DNA from: Pseudomonadales bacterium
Lineage (GTDB): Bacteria; Pseudomonadota; Gammaproteobacteria; Pseudomonadales; M0112
Assembly: GCA_036568505.1 (NCBI GenBank)
Contig: DATCSK010000010.1
Location: 82,566 to 146,565, forward strand
DNA length: 64,000 nucleotides
Direction of reading: 5' to 3'
Shown: in pieces, positions 47,873 through 57,189 of the stretch
How the letters are laid out: each line of letters opens with the position of its first letter
Position numbering within the stretch: the stretch's first letter is position 1
Notes under the pieces: model-generated
Seen by the model: the letters and a program-made list of their open reading frames with translations, nothing else
Database searches by the model: none
What the model was told of the DNA's origin: nothing
Translations under genes and position numbers: made by a program

Positions 47873-48445
47873 ATGCGGGCCGAGGGAGAAAAAAAAGTTC
47901 TCGGCACCACCTGGAAAATGGCCTTGGTGGTGCCGCTGATGTTTGCCTTTGTGTTTGTCGTGATGGTGCCGCTGTACAACTTGTTGTGTGAAGTCACCGG
48001 GTTGAACGGCAAGACACAAGGTCAATACACCGCAGAGGCTGCGGGTAGCGTAGATGAAAGCCGGTCGATCATGGTGCGTTTTGTGGCCACGAATAACGAA
48101 GGCATGAGTTGGGAGTTTCACCCGACGACCGAGTTGCTCAGGGTGCATCCGGGCGCTGAAAACGACACCACGTTTTTTGCGCGCAACCCGACAGCGGCAG
48201 CGATGACAGCGCAAGCCGTGCCAAGCATCGTGCCTTCATCGGCGGCAGCGTATTTTCATAAGACCGAGTGTTTCTGCTTTAACCAGCAGCATCTCTCGGC
48301 AGGCGAAGCGGTCGATATGCCGCTGCGCTTTATAGTGGACAAGGATCTGCCGGCATCCATCCGAACGATTACCTTGTCGTATACATTGTTTGATATAACG
48401 CCGACACCGACGGCTGATAAAGCCACGGTGGCGGCCCTGAACTGA
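47873..48445 (+). CDS. ctaG: cytochrome c oxidase assembly protein CtaG/Cox11
   Basis: 190 aa with one TM helix and the Cox11 copper motif KTECFCF. Confidence 0.9.
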   Translation: MRAEGEKKVLGTTWKMALVVPLMFAFVFVVMVPLYNLLCEVTGLNGKTQGQYTAEAAGSVDESRSIMVRFVATNNEGMSWEFHPTTELLRVHPGAENDTTFFARNPTAAAMTAQAVPSIVPSSAAAYFHKTECFCFNQQHLSAGEAVDMPLRFIVDKDLPASIRTITLSYTLFDITPTPTADKATVAALN

Positions 48446-48464
48446 ACGAGCGGAGACAAACGTC

Positions 48465-49415
48465 ATGGCAAGCAACCAAGGACACGCCAGCTACTACGTG
48501 CCCGAATCCACGCGCTTCCCCTTCTTTGCCGCAATAGGCTTGGGGTTGATGGTGCTCGGCGCCGGTGGTCTGTTAAACGACAGGCTGGCTCAGGCGGATA
48601 CCAGCACACACACCTGGATGTTGTTGGCTGGTTTCGCTCTTTTGATAGTGATTCTCTGGAATTGGTTTGGCTTGGCCATTCGTGAAAACCTGCAAGGGTT
48701 AAACAGCGCTCAACTGAAGCGTTCGTATGTGATTGGCATGCAGTGGTTCATTTTTTCAGAAGTCATGTTCTTTGCAGCCTTCTTTGGTGCCTTGTTCTAT
48801 GTGCGGCACCTGGTGGCGCCGTGGTTGGCCGGCGAAGGCGATCACGACGGGTTCACCAATACGTTGTTATGGCAAGGCTTTGTGTCGGATTGGGGATCAA
48901 CCGTCCTGACTCCGCAGCAGGCTTTGTTGGCGGCGGGCGGCGAGCAAATGATCGCAATGAACGGCACGTTTAATGCCGCGCTCCAGGACATGAGCTGGAA
49001 AGGCATTCCTCTCTACAACACCATTTTGCTGCTGACATCGAGTGTGACGGTGCATTTTGCGCATCACGCCCTGAAAGCGGGCCATAAAAAGCCGTTTCAT
49101 GTGTGGATGGTGATTACCCTGCTGCTGGGCTTTTCTTTCGTGTATTTGCAGGGGGTCGAGTATCACCACGCGTATACCGAGATGGGTTTGACGCTGGGTT
49201 CCGGCATTTATGGCACCACCTTCTTCATGCTGACCGGTTTTCATGGTTTCCATGTGTGCCTGGGTGCAGTGATGCTGACCATCATGTTCCTGCGCTCGTT
49301 GTTGGCGGGCCACTTCACCCCCGATGACCATTTTGGTTTCGAGGCGGCGAGCTGGTACTGGCACTTTGTCGACGTGGTGTGGATTGGCTTGTTCCTGTTT
49401 GTGTACATCCTGTAA
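48465..49415 (+). CDS. coxC: cytochrome c oxidase subunit III
   Basis: 316-aa polytopic protein with C-terminal ...TGFHGFHVCLGAVML...AASWYWHFVDVVWIGLFLFVYI, typical of subunit III. Confidence 0.93.
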   Translation: MASNQGHASYYVPESTRFPFFAAIGLGLMVLGAGGLLNDRLAQADTSTHTWMLLAGFALLIVILWNWFGLAIRENLQGLNSAQLKRSYVIGMQWFIFSEVMFFAAFFGALFYVRHLVAPWLAGEGDHDGFTNTLLWQGFVSDWGSTVLTPQQALLAAGGEQMIAMNGTFNAALQDMSWKGIPLYNTILLLTSSVTVHFAHHALKAGHKKPFHVWMVITLLLGFSFVYLQGVEYHHAYTEMGLTLGSGIYGTTFFMLTGFHGFHVCLGAVMLTIMFLRSLLAGHFTPDDHFGFEAASWYWHFVDVVWIGLFLFVYIL

Positions 49416-49420
49416 GCGAA

Positions 49421-49466
49421 CAGACAATAAAAAAGGCAGCGTAAGCTGCCTTTTTTATTGTCTGTT
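49421..49466. terminator. bidirectional terminator: perfect 21-bp inverted repeat
   Basis: ACAGACAATAAAAAAGGCAGC-GTAA-GCTGCCTTTTTTATTGTCTGT. GC core stem GGCAGC/GCTGCC with A6/T6 flanks. Lies between convergent coxC and the DUF2909 gene. Confidence 0.8.
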
Positions 49467-49468
49467 GA

Positions 49469-49762
49469 TTATGGCTGTGCGGACGACCCAGGTGAAGGGG
49501 CGGGTTCGATAGCCGGCATGTCGGTTTGCGGTGTTGTTGGCATGGGCCGGGACCAGGGTGCATGCGAGCGTAATTGACCGGTGACGATGCCATAGCTAAT
49601 GACGGCCAACAATGCGACGGCCAGGCCCACACGAATGCCGAGAGACCAGAGAATGCGTCGTTTATCCGGTGCGCCTTGGTCCTTAAACAGGAAAAACCCG
49701 CCAGAGAGCAGCGCGATGACCAGCAGAATAAACAACACGGCAATGACGGGCTTGATCCACAT
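49469..49762 (-). CDS. twin-transmembrane-helix small protein (DUF2909-like) of cox clusters
   Basis: 97 aa. Two TM helices separated by FKDQGAPDKRR, followed by a Pro-rich tail. Same place and opposite orientation inside the aa3 oxidase cluster as I recall for Pseudomonas. Confidence 0.7.
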   Translation of the reverse strand: MWIKPVIAVLFILLVIALLSGGFFLFKDQGAPDKRRILWSLGIRVGLAVALLAVISYGIVTGQLRSHAPWSRPMPTTPQTDMPAIEPAPSPGSSAQP

Positions 49763-49843
49763 AATCGGTGCTCATATTCATGACGCGGGCAGTATACCCC
49801 AGTGGCGACAGCTCCCGGAGCTTGCAGTACAATCCGCCTCCAG

Positions 49844-50593
49844 ATGAAAGCGCGCCCCACCCTTCACTGGTCCTTGGACTGGAAAAGTGCCTTGTTCACC
49901 GTCATGTTATTGCCGGTGCTCTTGTCTTTGGGTTTTTGGCAGCTGGAGCGCGCCGATGAAAAGCGCGCGATTCAAGCACGATTTTCGGCCTGGGAGCATA
50001 GCGAGCCGCGATGGCTGCACGGCGAGGAAGACGCCGTCGAGCATTATCGCCCGGTGGCACTGCGCGGCCGCTTTCTCACCAAGCGCTATTTTTTGCTCGA
50101 TAACCGGACCCGGCAGGGTCAGGTCGGATTTGAAGTGATCGGTTTATTCCGAGAGACGGAGAGCCGAAAACTGTTTGCCGTGAATCGGGGCTGGGTGGCC
50201 GGCAATCCCGATCGCAGCCAGCTGCCCGAGGTCAGTTTTCCTGCAGGCGAAATCAGTCTTCGGGGGCATGCTTACTGGCCAGAGGCCGGCTGGCAGCTCA
50301 ATGGCCCACAAGTCAGTGCCGGAGAATGGCCCAAGGTGACGCAAAGCCAGCTACCGAGTGACTTGCAGGCTGTTGCGAAGACTCCCCTGGCGCCCTATTT
50401 GGTTCGCCTGTCACCGGATAGCCCGGCGGCATTGGTGACCGACTGGCAGCCGGTCAACACACAACCTGAGAAGCACACGGGTTATGCGGTGCAGTGGTTT
50501 TTGATGGCCGCTGCCTTGCTGATGCTGTTTGTGCTGCGCAATAGCAATATCGCGGCCTGTTTGCGCGGCGAACCCCAATCGACGGACGCTTGA
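49844..50593 (+). CDS. SURF1-family cytochrome oxidase biogenesis protein
   Basis: Start probably ATG 49844 (MKARPTLHWSLDW...); the track's GTG at 49802 is the alternative. N-terminal TM with GFWQLERADEK, ...FLLDNR...G..G..V..., and a C-terminal TM with YAVQWF. Confidence 0.85.
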   Translation: MKARPTLHWSLDWKSALFTVMLLPVLLSLGFWQLERADEKRAIQARFSAWEHSEPRWLHGEEDAVEHYRPVALRGRFLTKRYFLLDNRTRQGQVGFEVIGLFRETESRKLFAVNRGWVAGNPDRSQLPEVSFPAGEISLRGHAYWPEAGWQLNGPQVSAGEWPKVTQSQLPSDLQAVAKTPLAPYLVRLSPDSPAALVTDWQPVNTQPEKHTGYAVQWFLMAAALLMLFVLRNSNIAACLRGEPQSTDA

Positions 50594-50594
50594 T

Positions 50595-51194
50595 ATGACG
50601 CCTGAACAACATCGTAAAAAAATCCATACCCTGCTGGTTTTGTTGTTGTTTCCTTTCGCGATGATCGCCATGGCAGGCGCGGTGTATTGGATGAACTTAA
50701 ATGGCATTACGCTGTTTGGCAGCCAATCGCGTTCGAAAGGGGAATTGCTGGTGAGCCCCTACCCTTCGTTGGCCAGTTTGAGCACATTGACGGTGTTGCG
50801 TGGCGAAGAGCCCATTCGCGAGGCCGGCGAGCGTTCCTGGAGTTTCTTGCAAGTGTTGCCAACGCATTGCGACGAGAGTTGCCAGACGCAGTTGTGGGAG
50901 TCGCGGCAAACCAAAGTGGCGATGGGCCGTTTGAGTGATCGCGTACGCCGGATCGTGATGGTGTTGGATGGCGTGCCGGATGACGCTTTTCAAGCGCTAT
51001 TGGATAAAGAGCATCCCGACATATCGATCTGGACGGTCAGTAGCGGCGATTGGCAGCAGCTGATGGGGCCAGACGGTGCGGCCGTTAAACTGTATTTTGT
51101 GGACCGTTTTGGCAACGTCATGATGCGGTATCGCAACGAACACACCTACAAAGACATCATGAAAGATATGAATTTTCTGATTCGGCACAATTGA
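50595..51194 (+). CDS. membrane-anchored hypothetical protein with SCO-like CxxxC motif (cox-cluster associated)
   Basis: Start set at ATG 50595, 1 nt after the SURF1 stop (MTPEQHRKKIHTLLVLLLFPFAMIAMAGAVYW...), giving 199 aa. SWSFLQVLPTHCDESC resembles the W.LLFFGY.SCPDVCP motif of the neighbouring SCO1. No named family recognised. Confidence 0.65.
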   Translation: MTPEQHRKKIHTLLVLLLFPFAMIAMAGAVYWMNLNGITLFGSQSRSKGELLVSPYPSLASLSTLTVLRGEEPIREAGERSWSFLQVLPTHCDESCQTQLWESRQTKVAMGRLSDRVRRIVMVLDGVPDDAFQALLDKEHPDISIWTVSSGDWQQLMGPDGAAVKLYFVDRFGNVMMRYRNEHTYKDIMKDMNFLIRHN

Positions 51195-51198
51195 GACG

Positions 51199-52428
51199 AT
51201 GATGATCTGGTTTAACGCACCCGTAAAACGTAAATCGCCCTTCCGGATGGCCTTGCTCGCGGTAATGATGGCGGCGGTGGTGATTATGCTGGGGACCTTC
51301 ACGCGATTGGCGGGCGCAGGCCTGGGCTGCCCGGATTGGCCTACCTGTTATGGGCATGCCTTGTGGCCGGACGAAACGCATGAAATTGACGCGGCGAATA
51401 CCGCGTTTCCCGAGACACCGGTGGAGGTCGATAAGACCTGGCCAGAGCAAGTGCATCGCCTGTTTGCATCGGGCCTTGGGTTGATCAGTCTGTTGCTGTT
51501 ATTGCTATCGATGCGTCAAAGCACCAATACACGACTAAAGCGAGCCTTGTCCGGGTTGGTCGCGGTCTGGTTTATCGCCTTGATCACCAAGATTGTGATC
51601 AAGGCAAACACGACGGTGACGGCGGAGGCATTTCACGGTTTGTCCGACATCGTGATTGGTTTGATGGTGTTGGCGGGATTTGTGGTGTTGGCAGGGCTTT
51701 CCCGACTCAGGGACGTGCGGTCACGCCAGCCCTTGTGTTTGCCGGCACTGATTGTGGGACTGGTGATTTTGCAGGGCCTGTTCGGTATGTGGACGGTCAC
51801 GCTGAAGGTGTGGCCGCAAGTGGTGACGACACACTTGTTGGGCGGCTTTACGACACTCACGTTGCTTTGGTTGTTGGTGTTGCGGCTGGATAACCGGGTT
51901 TGGTGGTTGCGGTCCAGCGAGTATGCGCGGTTGCTGGCATTGCGCCCGTGGGCCATTGCAGGTCTTGTCATCGTCGTGGTGCAGATTGCGTTGGGCGGTT
52001 GGACAACCTCGAATTATGCGGCGGTGGCCTGTCCGGATCTGCCAATGTGTCAGGGACAATGGTTACCGCCTAGTGACTTTGCGCAAGGTTTTAATGTGTT
52101 TCAGCACATCGGCCCCAATTATTTGGGCGGGCACATGGATAATGCCGCGCGGGTTGCGATTCATTTGTCGCATCGCATCGGCGCGGTATTAACATTTATG
52201 TATGTCATGTTGCTGGTGTGGAAGTTATACCGGATTCCCGTTGCTGAAGCGCGGCGCATGGCGCTGGTGATCAAGGCGGCGTTGTGGGTGCAGGTGCTGC
52301 TGGGCATCAGCAATGTGTGGTTTCATTTTCCGGTAGCCGTTGCGGTGGCACACAATCTGGGAGGCGCGGTGTTATTGTTAACGTTGGTGACCTTGCTGCA
52401 CCGGCTTTATACCGTTGAAAAGCGCTAG
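51199..52428 (+). CDS. ctaA: heme A synthase (COX15/CtaA)
   Basis: About 400-aa polytopic protein with ...[17 protein letters not shown]... and paired His-containing helices. Start ambiguous (51199, 51202 or the later MALLAV...). Confidence 0.88.
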   Translation: MMIWFNAPVKRKSPFRMALLAVMMAAVVIMLGTFTRLAGAGLGCPDWPTCYGHALWPDETHEIDAANTAFPETPVEVDKTWPEQVHRLFASGLGLISLLLLLLSMRQSTNTRLKRALSGLVAVWFIALITKIVIKANTTVTAEAFHGLSDIVIGLMVLAGFVVLAGLSRLRDVRSRQPLCLPALIVGLVILQGLFGMWTVTLKVWPQVVTTHLLGGFTTLTLLWLLVLRLDNRVWWLRSSEYARLLALRPWAIAGLVIVVVQIALGGWTTSNYAAVACPDLPMCQGQWLPPSDFAQGFNVFQHIGPNYLGGHMDNAARVAIHLSHRIGAVLTFMYVMLLVWKLYRIPVAEARRMALVIKAALWVQVLLGISNVWFHFPVAVAVAHNLGGAVLLLTLVTLLHRLYTVEKR

Positions 52429-52436
52429 GAACAGGC

Positions 52437-53354
52437 ATGACTGAAAAACCGATATCACCACGCCCGCTCTGGCGAGACTATCTCGAGCTGTGCAAGCCCA
52501 ACGTGGTTGCTTTGCTGATGATGACGGCCGTGATCGGCATGTTGCTGTCCACCGAAGGCATGGTGCCGTGGCAGGCATTGGTGTTTGGTAGCTTGGGCAT
52601 TGCCTTGTGCTCGGCATCGGCAGCCGCGATTAATCATTTGGTGGATCGTGGCATTGACTTGCGTATGGCGCGCACCTCCAATCGCCCGGTCGCCCAAGGG
52701 CGGGTAACGACATGGGGTGCGCTGTGGTTTGCCTCGGTACTGGGGATTGCCGGCACATTGATATTGGTATTTTTGGTTAACCCGCTGACGGCGTGGTTAA
52801 CGCTGGCATCCTTGATCGGTTACGCCATAATTTACACGCTGTATTTAAAGCGGGCCACGCCACAGAACATTGTGATTGGGGGGTTGGCAGGCGCAGCGCC
52901 GCCCCTGTTGGGCTGGGCTGCGGTAACGAATGAGGTGCATCCGCACGCATTGTTACTGGTGCTGATTATTTTTGCCTGGACGCCACCGCATTTTTGGGCG
53001 CTGGCCATACACCGTCGTGAAGAGTATGCCAAGGTCGGCATTCCCATGTTGCCGGTGACGCACGGCGTTAAATTCACGCAATTGAATATTTTGTTGTATA
53101 CGCTGATTTTGTTTGCAGTGACGTTATTGCCTTATGCCACCGGCATGAGCAGCGAACTGTACCTGATTGGCGCCATCGGGTTGGGTGCTGGGTTTTTGTA
53201 TTGGGCGATTGCCTTGATGCGTGGCTGGCATCCGAATGCGCCGATGGAAACATTCAAATACTCGATTATTTATTTAATGGCACTGTTTATGTTTATGTTG
53301 GTTGATCATTACGCAATGCCGGAACAATGGTGGGTGATGCAACATGGTCGATAA
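52437..53354 (+). CDS. cyoE: protoheme IX farnesyltransferase (heme O synthase)
   Basis: 305-aa UbiA-family protein with ...[19 protein letters not shown]...; follows COX15. Confidence 0.92.
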   Translation: MTEKPISPRPLWRDYLELCKPNVVALLMMTAVIGMLLSTEGMVPWQALVFGSLGIALCSASAAAINHLVDRGIDLRMARTSNRPVAQGRVTTWGALWFASVLGIAGTLILVFLVNPLTAWLTLASLIGYAIIYTLYLKRATPQNIVIGGLAGAAPPLLGWAAVTNEVHPHALLLVLIIFAWTPPHFWALAIHRREEYAKVGIPMLPVTHGVKFTQLNILLYTLILFAVTLLPYATGMSSELYLIGAIGLGAGFLYWAIALMRGWHPNAPMETFKYSIIYLMALFMFMLVDHYAMPEQWWVMQHGR

Positions 53355-54021
53355 TACGAAGCAGCGCGGCATTCGACGGACGGTCGTATTGGTGTTGGTG
53401 TTTATTGCGCTGTCACTGGCCGGTTTCGTGAATAAAATACTGCATCCGCGCGTACTGAATGAGGCCGAGCTAAAATTAAACGGTGCGGTTGTGTTAAAAA
53501 CACCGCGCATTCCCAGTGCCTTTTCACTGCTGGATAGCAATGGCCAGCCCTTTACGCCCGACTCGTTAAAAGGCCATTGGACATTGCTGTTTTTTGGTTA
53601 TGCCTCGTGTCCGGACGTGTGTCCGACAACCCTGTTCACGCTCGGGCAATGGTATCGGCAGATACAAGACAATCGCTACGGCAAGGACTTGCGCGTGGTG
53701 ATGGTCAGTGTGGATCCCGTGCGCGATACGCCGGCCGTGTTGCAACCGTATGTGCAGCATTTTCATCCCGATTTCATGGGCGTTACCGGTGAATTTCTGG
53801 ACGTGCACCGGTTCGCGCGCGAAATGGGCGTTGCCTTTCAGAAAGTGCCGGGTGGCACCGAAGACGACTACATGATTGATCACAGCGCGCAATTGGTGCT
53901 GATTAATCCGTACGGTGATTTTCATGCGTTTTTTAAGCCAACGGATTTGACAGGCACTCTGCCAGCTTTTGATGTCGAGCAGTTAACGCTGACTTACAAA
54001 TCCATCCGCGCCAGCTTTTAA
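53344..54021 (+). CDS. SCO1/SenC copper chaperone for cytochrome oxidase
   Basis: 225 aa with an N-terminal TM anchor, [18 protein letters not shown] (CxxxC) and a downstream DHS His ligand ([13 protein letters not shown]). Overlaps the cyoE 3' end by 11 nt. Confidence 0.9.
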   Translation: MVDNTKQRGIRRTVVLVLVFIALSLAGFVNKILHPRVLNEAELKLNGAVVLKTPRIPSAFSLLDSNGQPFTPDSLKGHWTLLFFGYASCPDVCPTTLFTLGQWYRQIQDNRYGKDLRVVMVSVDPVRDTPAVLQPYVQHFHPDFMGVTGEFLDVHRFAREMGVAFQKVPGGTEDDYMIDHSAQLVLINPYGDFHAFFKPTDLTGTLPAFDVEQLTLTYKSIRASF

Positions 54022-54024
54022 TCG

Positions 54025-55323
54025 TCAGTCGCGGAAGAATTGCTGCGGGTTATAACCGTCCAGCCAATCAATGTATTCTTTTTGTGGCATGGGTCTGGCG
54101 AAATAAAAGCCTTGTGCCTTATGGCAGCCCATCGCTATTAGCGATTTGAGTGTCTTTTCGTTTTCAACGCCTTCGGCCACCACGCCCAGATCAAACGACG
54201 AAGCCAGATCAATCACCAGGCGCACGATTTTTTCATCGGCGCGGTTATCAAACATATTGGCGATAAACGAGCGATCGACCTTCAGTTCGTTCGCCGGCAC
54301 GTTGCGGAAGTAATCCAGCGAAGAGTAACCGGTGCCAAAGTCGTCAATCGAAATGTGCAGGCCGCTGTCTTGCAATACCTTGAGGTGCTGACGGCTGGTC
54401 TTCGGGTCTTGCATCAATGCGGTTTCAGTGATTTCCAGCGTCAGGCTGGTGGGCTCTGCCCCCCAGATCCGCAGCGAGGTATAAACCATGTCCACCAGAT
54501 CTTGATCGTGCAGGGTGGTTGCCGATAAATTCAGCGCGGCCCGCGGCGAGCCTTTGGCGCTGGCAGGCCAGCCGGCCATGTCGCGCAGCACGGTGCCAAG
54601 TCCCCACTTGGTCAGCGAGTCCATCATACCGGCACGTTCGGCCAGCGGAATAAACACGCTGGGTGAGACCGCGCCGAGTGTGTTGTGCGTCCAGCGCATC
54701 AGGGCTTCGGCGTGGCAAGGCATGCGGGTTTTAAGGTCGATCACCGGTTGGTAATACATGCGCAGTTCATCACGGTCCAGTGCGTGATGCAGGGCTTCTT
54801 CAAGCTCCCATTCTTTGTCATGCACTTCGCTGGCTTCGGTTTCGATGATGGCGTAAGGCAGGTTGCGCTGCTTGGCAAACTTGAGCGACTTTTCGGCTTC
54901 GAGCACGAATTTTTCAGCACTCATGCCGGAGACGGTATGCACGGCAACGCCGATGCTGGCGTCCAGTTTTACCGGGCCGTGCTCCATCAAGAAGGGTTCT
55001 TTGATGGTTTTTAGTACTTTGCCTGCGGCCAGGCGCACGACTTCACCGTGCGGCAGCTCGGGCAGGATAATGCCGAACCGGTCGTCGCCAACGCGCGCAA
55101 TGACGTCCTGTGTGCGCAGGCAGGCCTTGATGCGATTTTGTGCCAGTTGCAAAATTTCGTTGCCAATCTGAAAGCCGTGTACGGCATTGATGCGGCGAAA
55201 ATTGCGCAAGTCAACGATCAGCAGGCCGAGTGCTGTGTGTGAGCGAGCGCAGCGGCGAATCTGTTCTTCGAGGGCACCGAAGAACGTGTCGCGCACATTG
55301 AAGTCAAGTTCATGAGCATGCAT
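54025..55323 (-). CDS. GGDEF-EAL protein: degenerate GGDEF (GDDRF) + apparently intact EAL phosphodiesterase domain
   Basis: Start set at ATG 55323 (MHAHELDFNVRDTFF...), 10 nt after the HD-GYP stop, giving 432 aa. The GGDEF position reads RVGDDRF. EAL-domain motifs are all present: EALMRW, NLS, EITE, DDFGTGYSS, KVDRSF, EGVE, QGFYF. Confidence 0.88.
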   Translation of the reverse strand: MHAHELDFNVRDTFFGALEEQIRRCARSHTALGLLIVDLRNFRRINAVHGFQIGNEILQLAQNRIKACLRTQDVIARVGDDRFGIILPELPHGEVVRLAAGKVLKTIKEPFLMEHGPVKLDASIGVAVHTVSGMSAEKFVLEAEKSLKFAKQRNLPYAIIETEASEVHDKEWELEEALHHALDRDELRMYYQPVIDLKTRMPCHAEALMRWTHNTLGAVSPSVFIPLAERAGMMDSLTKWGLGTVLRDMAGWPASAKGSPRAALNLSATTLHDQDLVDMVYTSLRIWGAEPTSLTLEITETALMQDPKTSRQHLKVLQDSGLHISIDDFGTGYSSLDYFRNVPANELKVDRSFIANMFDNRADEKIVRLVIDLASSFDLGVVAEGVENEKTLKSLIAMGCHKAQGFYFARPMPQKEYIDWLDGYNPQQFFRD

Positions 55324-55333
55324 GGTCGGCGCC

Positions 55334-56578
55334 CTAGATATACAGCATGTCGGCATCGATATCGTACGCGCCGGATTCCAGGCTGCGTGCGATTTCCAGC
55401 GGTTTTCCACTGGCCGTTGTTTTTTGTTCGGATAAGTCCAGCGGGACCATATCGGGTAGGCGCTGTTTGTTTTCGTCCAGAATCATCAGCAATTTGGGCC
55501 GCAATCGACGCGTACGGTACTCGGATAACACCACGCCGACTTCGCCGGTATTGAGCTCAATCAGTGTGCCGGCAGGGTAAATGCCGATCGCCTGAATAAA
55601 TTCCTCGACAATTTCGGCCTGAAAATCGATATCGCGCCATTCGTATAAATTGCGCACGGCATCGCTGGGCGCCATGGGCCGGGCGTAAGGGCGCTCGCTG
55701 GTGATGGCATCGTAGCAATCAATAACGCCGATAATGCGTGCAAACACGGGAATATCATCGCCAACGGTGCCCTTGGGGTATCCGCTGCCGTCGTAACGTT
55801 CGTGATGGTATTCCGCCATGTGCAAAATATGCCGCGTGACATCCGGCGTGGTGCGCAATAACTCAACCCCTTCGCTCACATGCGATTTGATCACTTCGAA
55901 TTCTTCGGGGGTGAGGCGGTCTTTTTTATTGAGCAACGCATCCGGCAACTTCACTTTGCCGATATCAAACAGCAGGCCGCCCTGTGCGAGCGTTTTCAGA
56001 TCATTCTTGGGTAAGCCCAGCTGCCGACCGAGGGCAACAGCCCAGATAGAGCAACTGACCGAATGCCGGTAGGTGTAACTGTCTTTGGATTTCATGCGCG
56101 CCAACCACACGCAGGCATCGGGGTTGCGCATCATGCTTTCAATCATCGGATCCACAGCGTTCTTGACGGCTTTCATGTCGAGCCGTTTGTTGAGGCCGAT
56201 ATCTTCCATCAGCGCTGACATGGCGAGAGCCAAGTCACTGATGGCCTGTTTGGCTTTTGGCAGCTCTTCTTCGAGTTTGGTGGTGTCTTGATACGGGTGT
56301 CGTGTGCGGTGTGGAAACAAATGCTTGGTGATATCGGCCGGGCGTTCGCGGCGCTTTAGCGGTGCCGCGTGCTTTAAGCCTTCAATATTGATGCTTTGCG
56401 CTGTGTCGACGTACACGTACTGACAGTATTGGCGTACTTCTTTTAAGACCTCATCGCTCTCAATCAAAAAGCCTTGCAGCAGAAAGGGCGTCTCAAGCCA
56501 AGGTCGATCGAGGCCGGACACGTACATGCCCTCCCGCAGGTCCTCGACCATCACTTTTATTTTTTGGACTTCCTTCAT
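55334..56578 (-). CDS. DUF3391 + HD-GYP domain protein with degenerate HD dyad (FD)
   Basis: 414 aa. The N-terminus (L.EGMYVSGLDRPWLETPFLLQGFLI) is DUF3391-like. The C-terminal domain has HHERYDGSGYPKG, but the usual LHD(I/V)GK reads LLFDIGK (TTT GAT at 55969-55964). Confidence 0.88.
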   Translation of the reverse strand: MKEVQKIKVMVEDLREGMYVSGLDRPWLETPFLLQGFLIESDEVLKEVRQYCQYVYVDTAQSINIEGLKHAAPLKRRERPADITKHLFPHRTRHPYQDTTKLEEELPKAKQAISDLALAMSALMEDIGLNKRLDMKAVKNAVDPMIESMMRNPDACVWLARMKSKDSYTYRHSVSCSIWAVALGRQLGLPKNDLKTLAQGGLLFDIGKVKLPDALLNKKDRLTPEEFEVIKSHVSEGVELLRTTPDVTRHILHMAEYHHERYDGSGYPKGTVGDDIPVFARIIGVIDCYDAITSERPYARPMAPSDAVRNLYEWRDIDFQAEIVEEFIQAIGIYPAGTLIELNTGEVGVVLSEYRTRRLRPKLLMILDENKQRLPDMVPLDLSEQKTTASGKPLEIARSLESGAYDIDADMLYI

Positions 56579-56623
56579 GCGGGCCGTTCCTTTCCGTGGC
56601 CTAGAGTCTAGCCAATCCGGCGT

Positions 56624-57079
56624 TTATTTGCCTGCCCGTGATGCGGCTTCGGACGTTTTGCGTAAATTCATGCTCAGCCGGCGGGCGATCTGCTTCAAAA
56701 TCTTGATGCTGATTTGCGGGTGCTGTTGAATCAGCTTGTTGAAGGCGTCGCGCTTGAGAATAAGAATGCGGCCGGCATTGCGGGCGCGAATATCGGCAGA
56801 GCGCGTCAGGCCATCGATCAAGGCCATTTCGCCGACCGAGTCGCCTTTGGTCAGGATGGTCAGCACTTTCTCGCCGCCCTCCTTCAGCTTTTTGACGACT
56901 TCAAGTTCGCCACTGATGACGCAGCACATCGAGTCGGCGTGCTCGCCCTGGGCATAAATCAGGGTGCCGCCCTTGATTGAGCGGAGATCCAACAGTTTTT
57001 CAATGGTGTTGGTTTCTTCGTAATCGAGGTCTGAAAACAGCGGAATATCTGCGAGTAACAGGGTCAGTGACTCTTCCAT
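56624..57079 (-). CDS. stand-alone cyclic nucleotide-binding (CAP effector-type) domain protein
   Basis: 151 aa, ...IPLFSDLDYEE..., with the phosphate-binding cassette GEMALIDGLTRSADIRA. No HTH or other output domain follows. Lies 45 nt upstream of the HD-GYP gene on the same strand. Confidence 0.85.
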   Translation of the reverse strand: MEESLTLLLADIPLFSDLDYEETNTIEKLLDLRSIKGGTLIYAQGEHADSMCCVISGELEVVKKLKEGGEKVLTILTKGDSVGEMALIDGLTRSADIRARNAGRILILKRDAFNKLIQQHPQISIKILKQIARRLSMNLRKTSEAASRAGK

Positions 57080-57189
57080 GACAAAGCCTCAGTCAGGGGG
57101 GTTTTAGCATTTCAGAGTACTACACTTACCCAGTGAAGGGAATTGGCAATAGCGGCTACAGGTGTCGGTTTTTAAAGGGTTTTCCGGCC

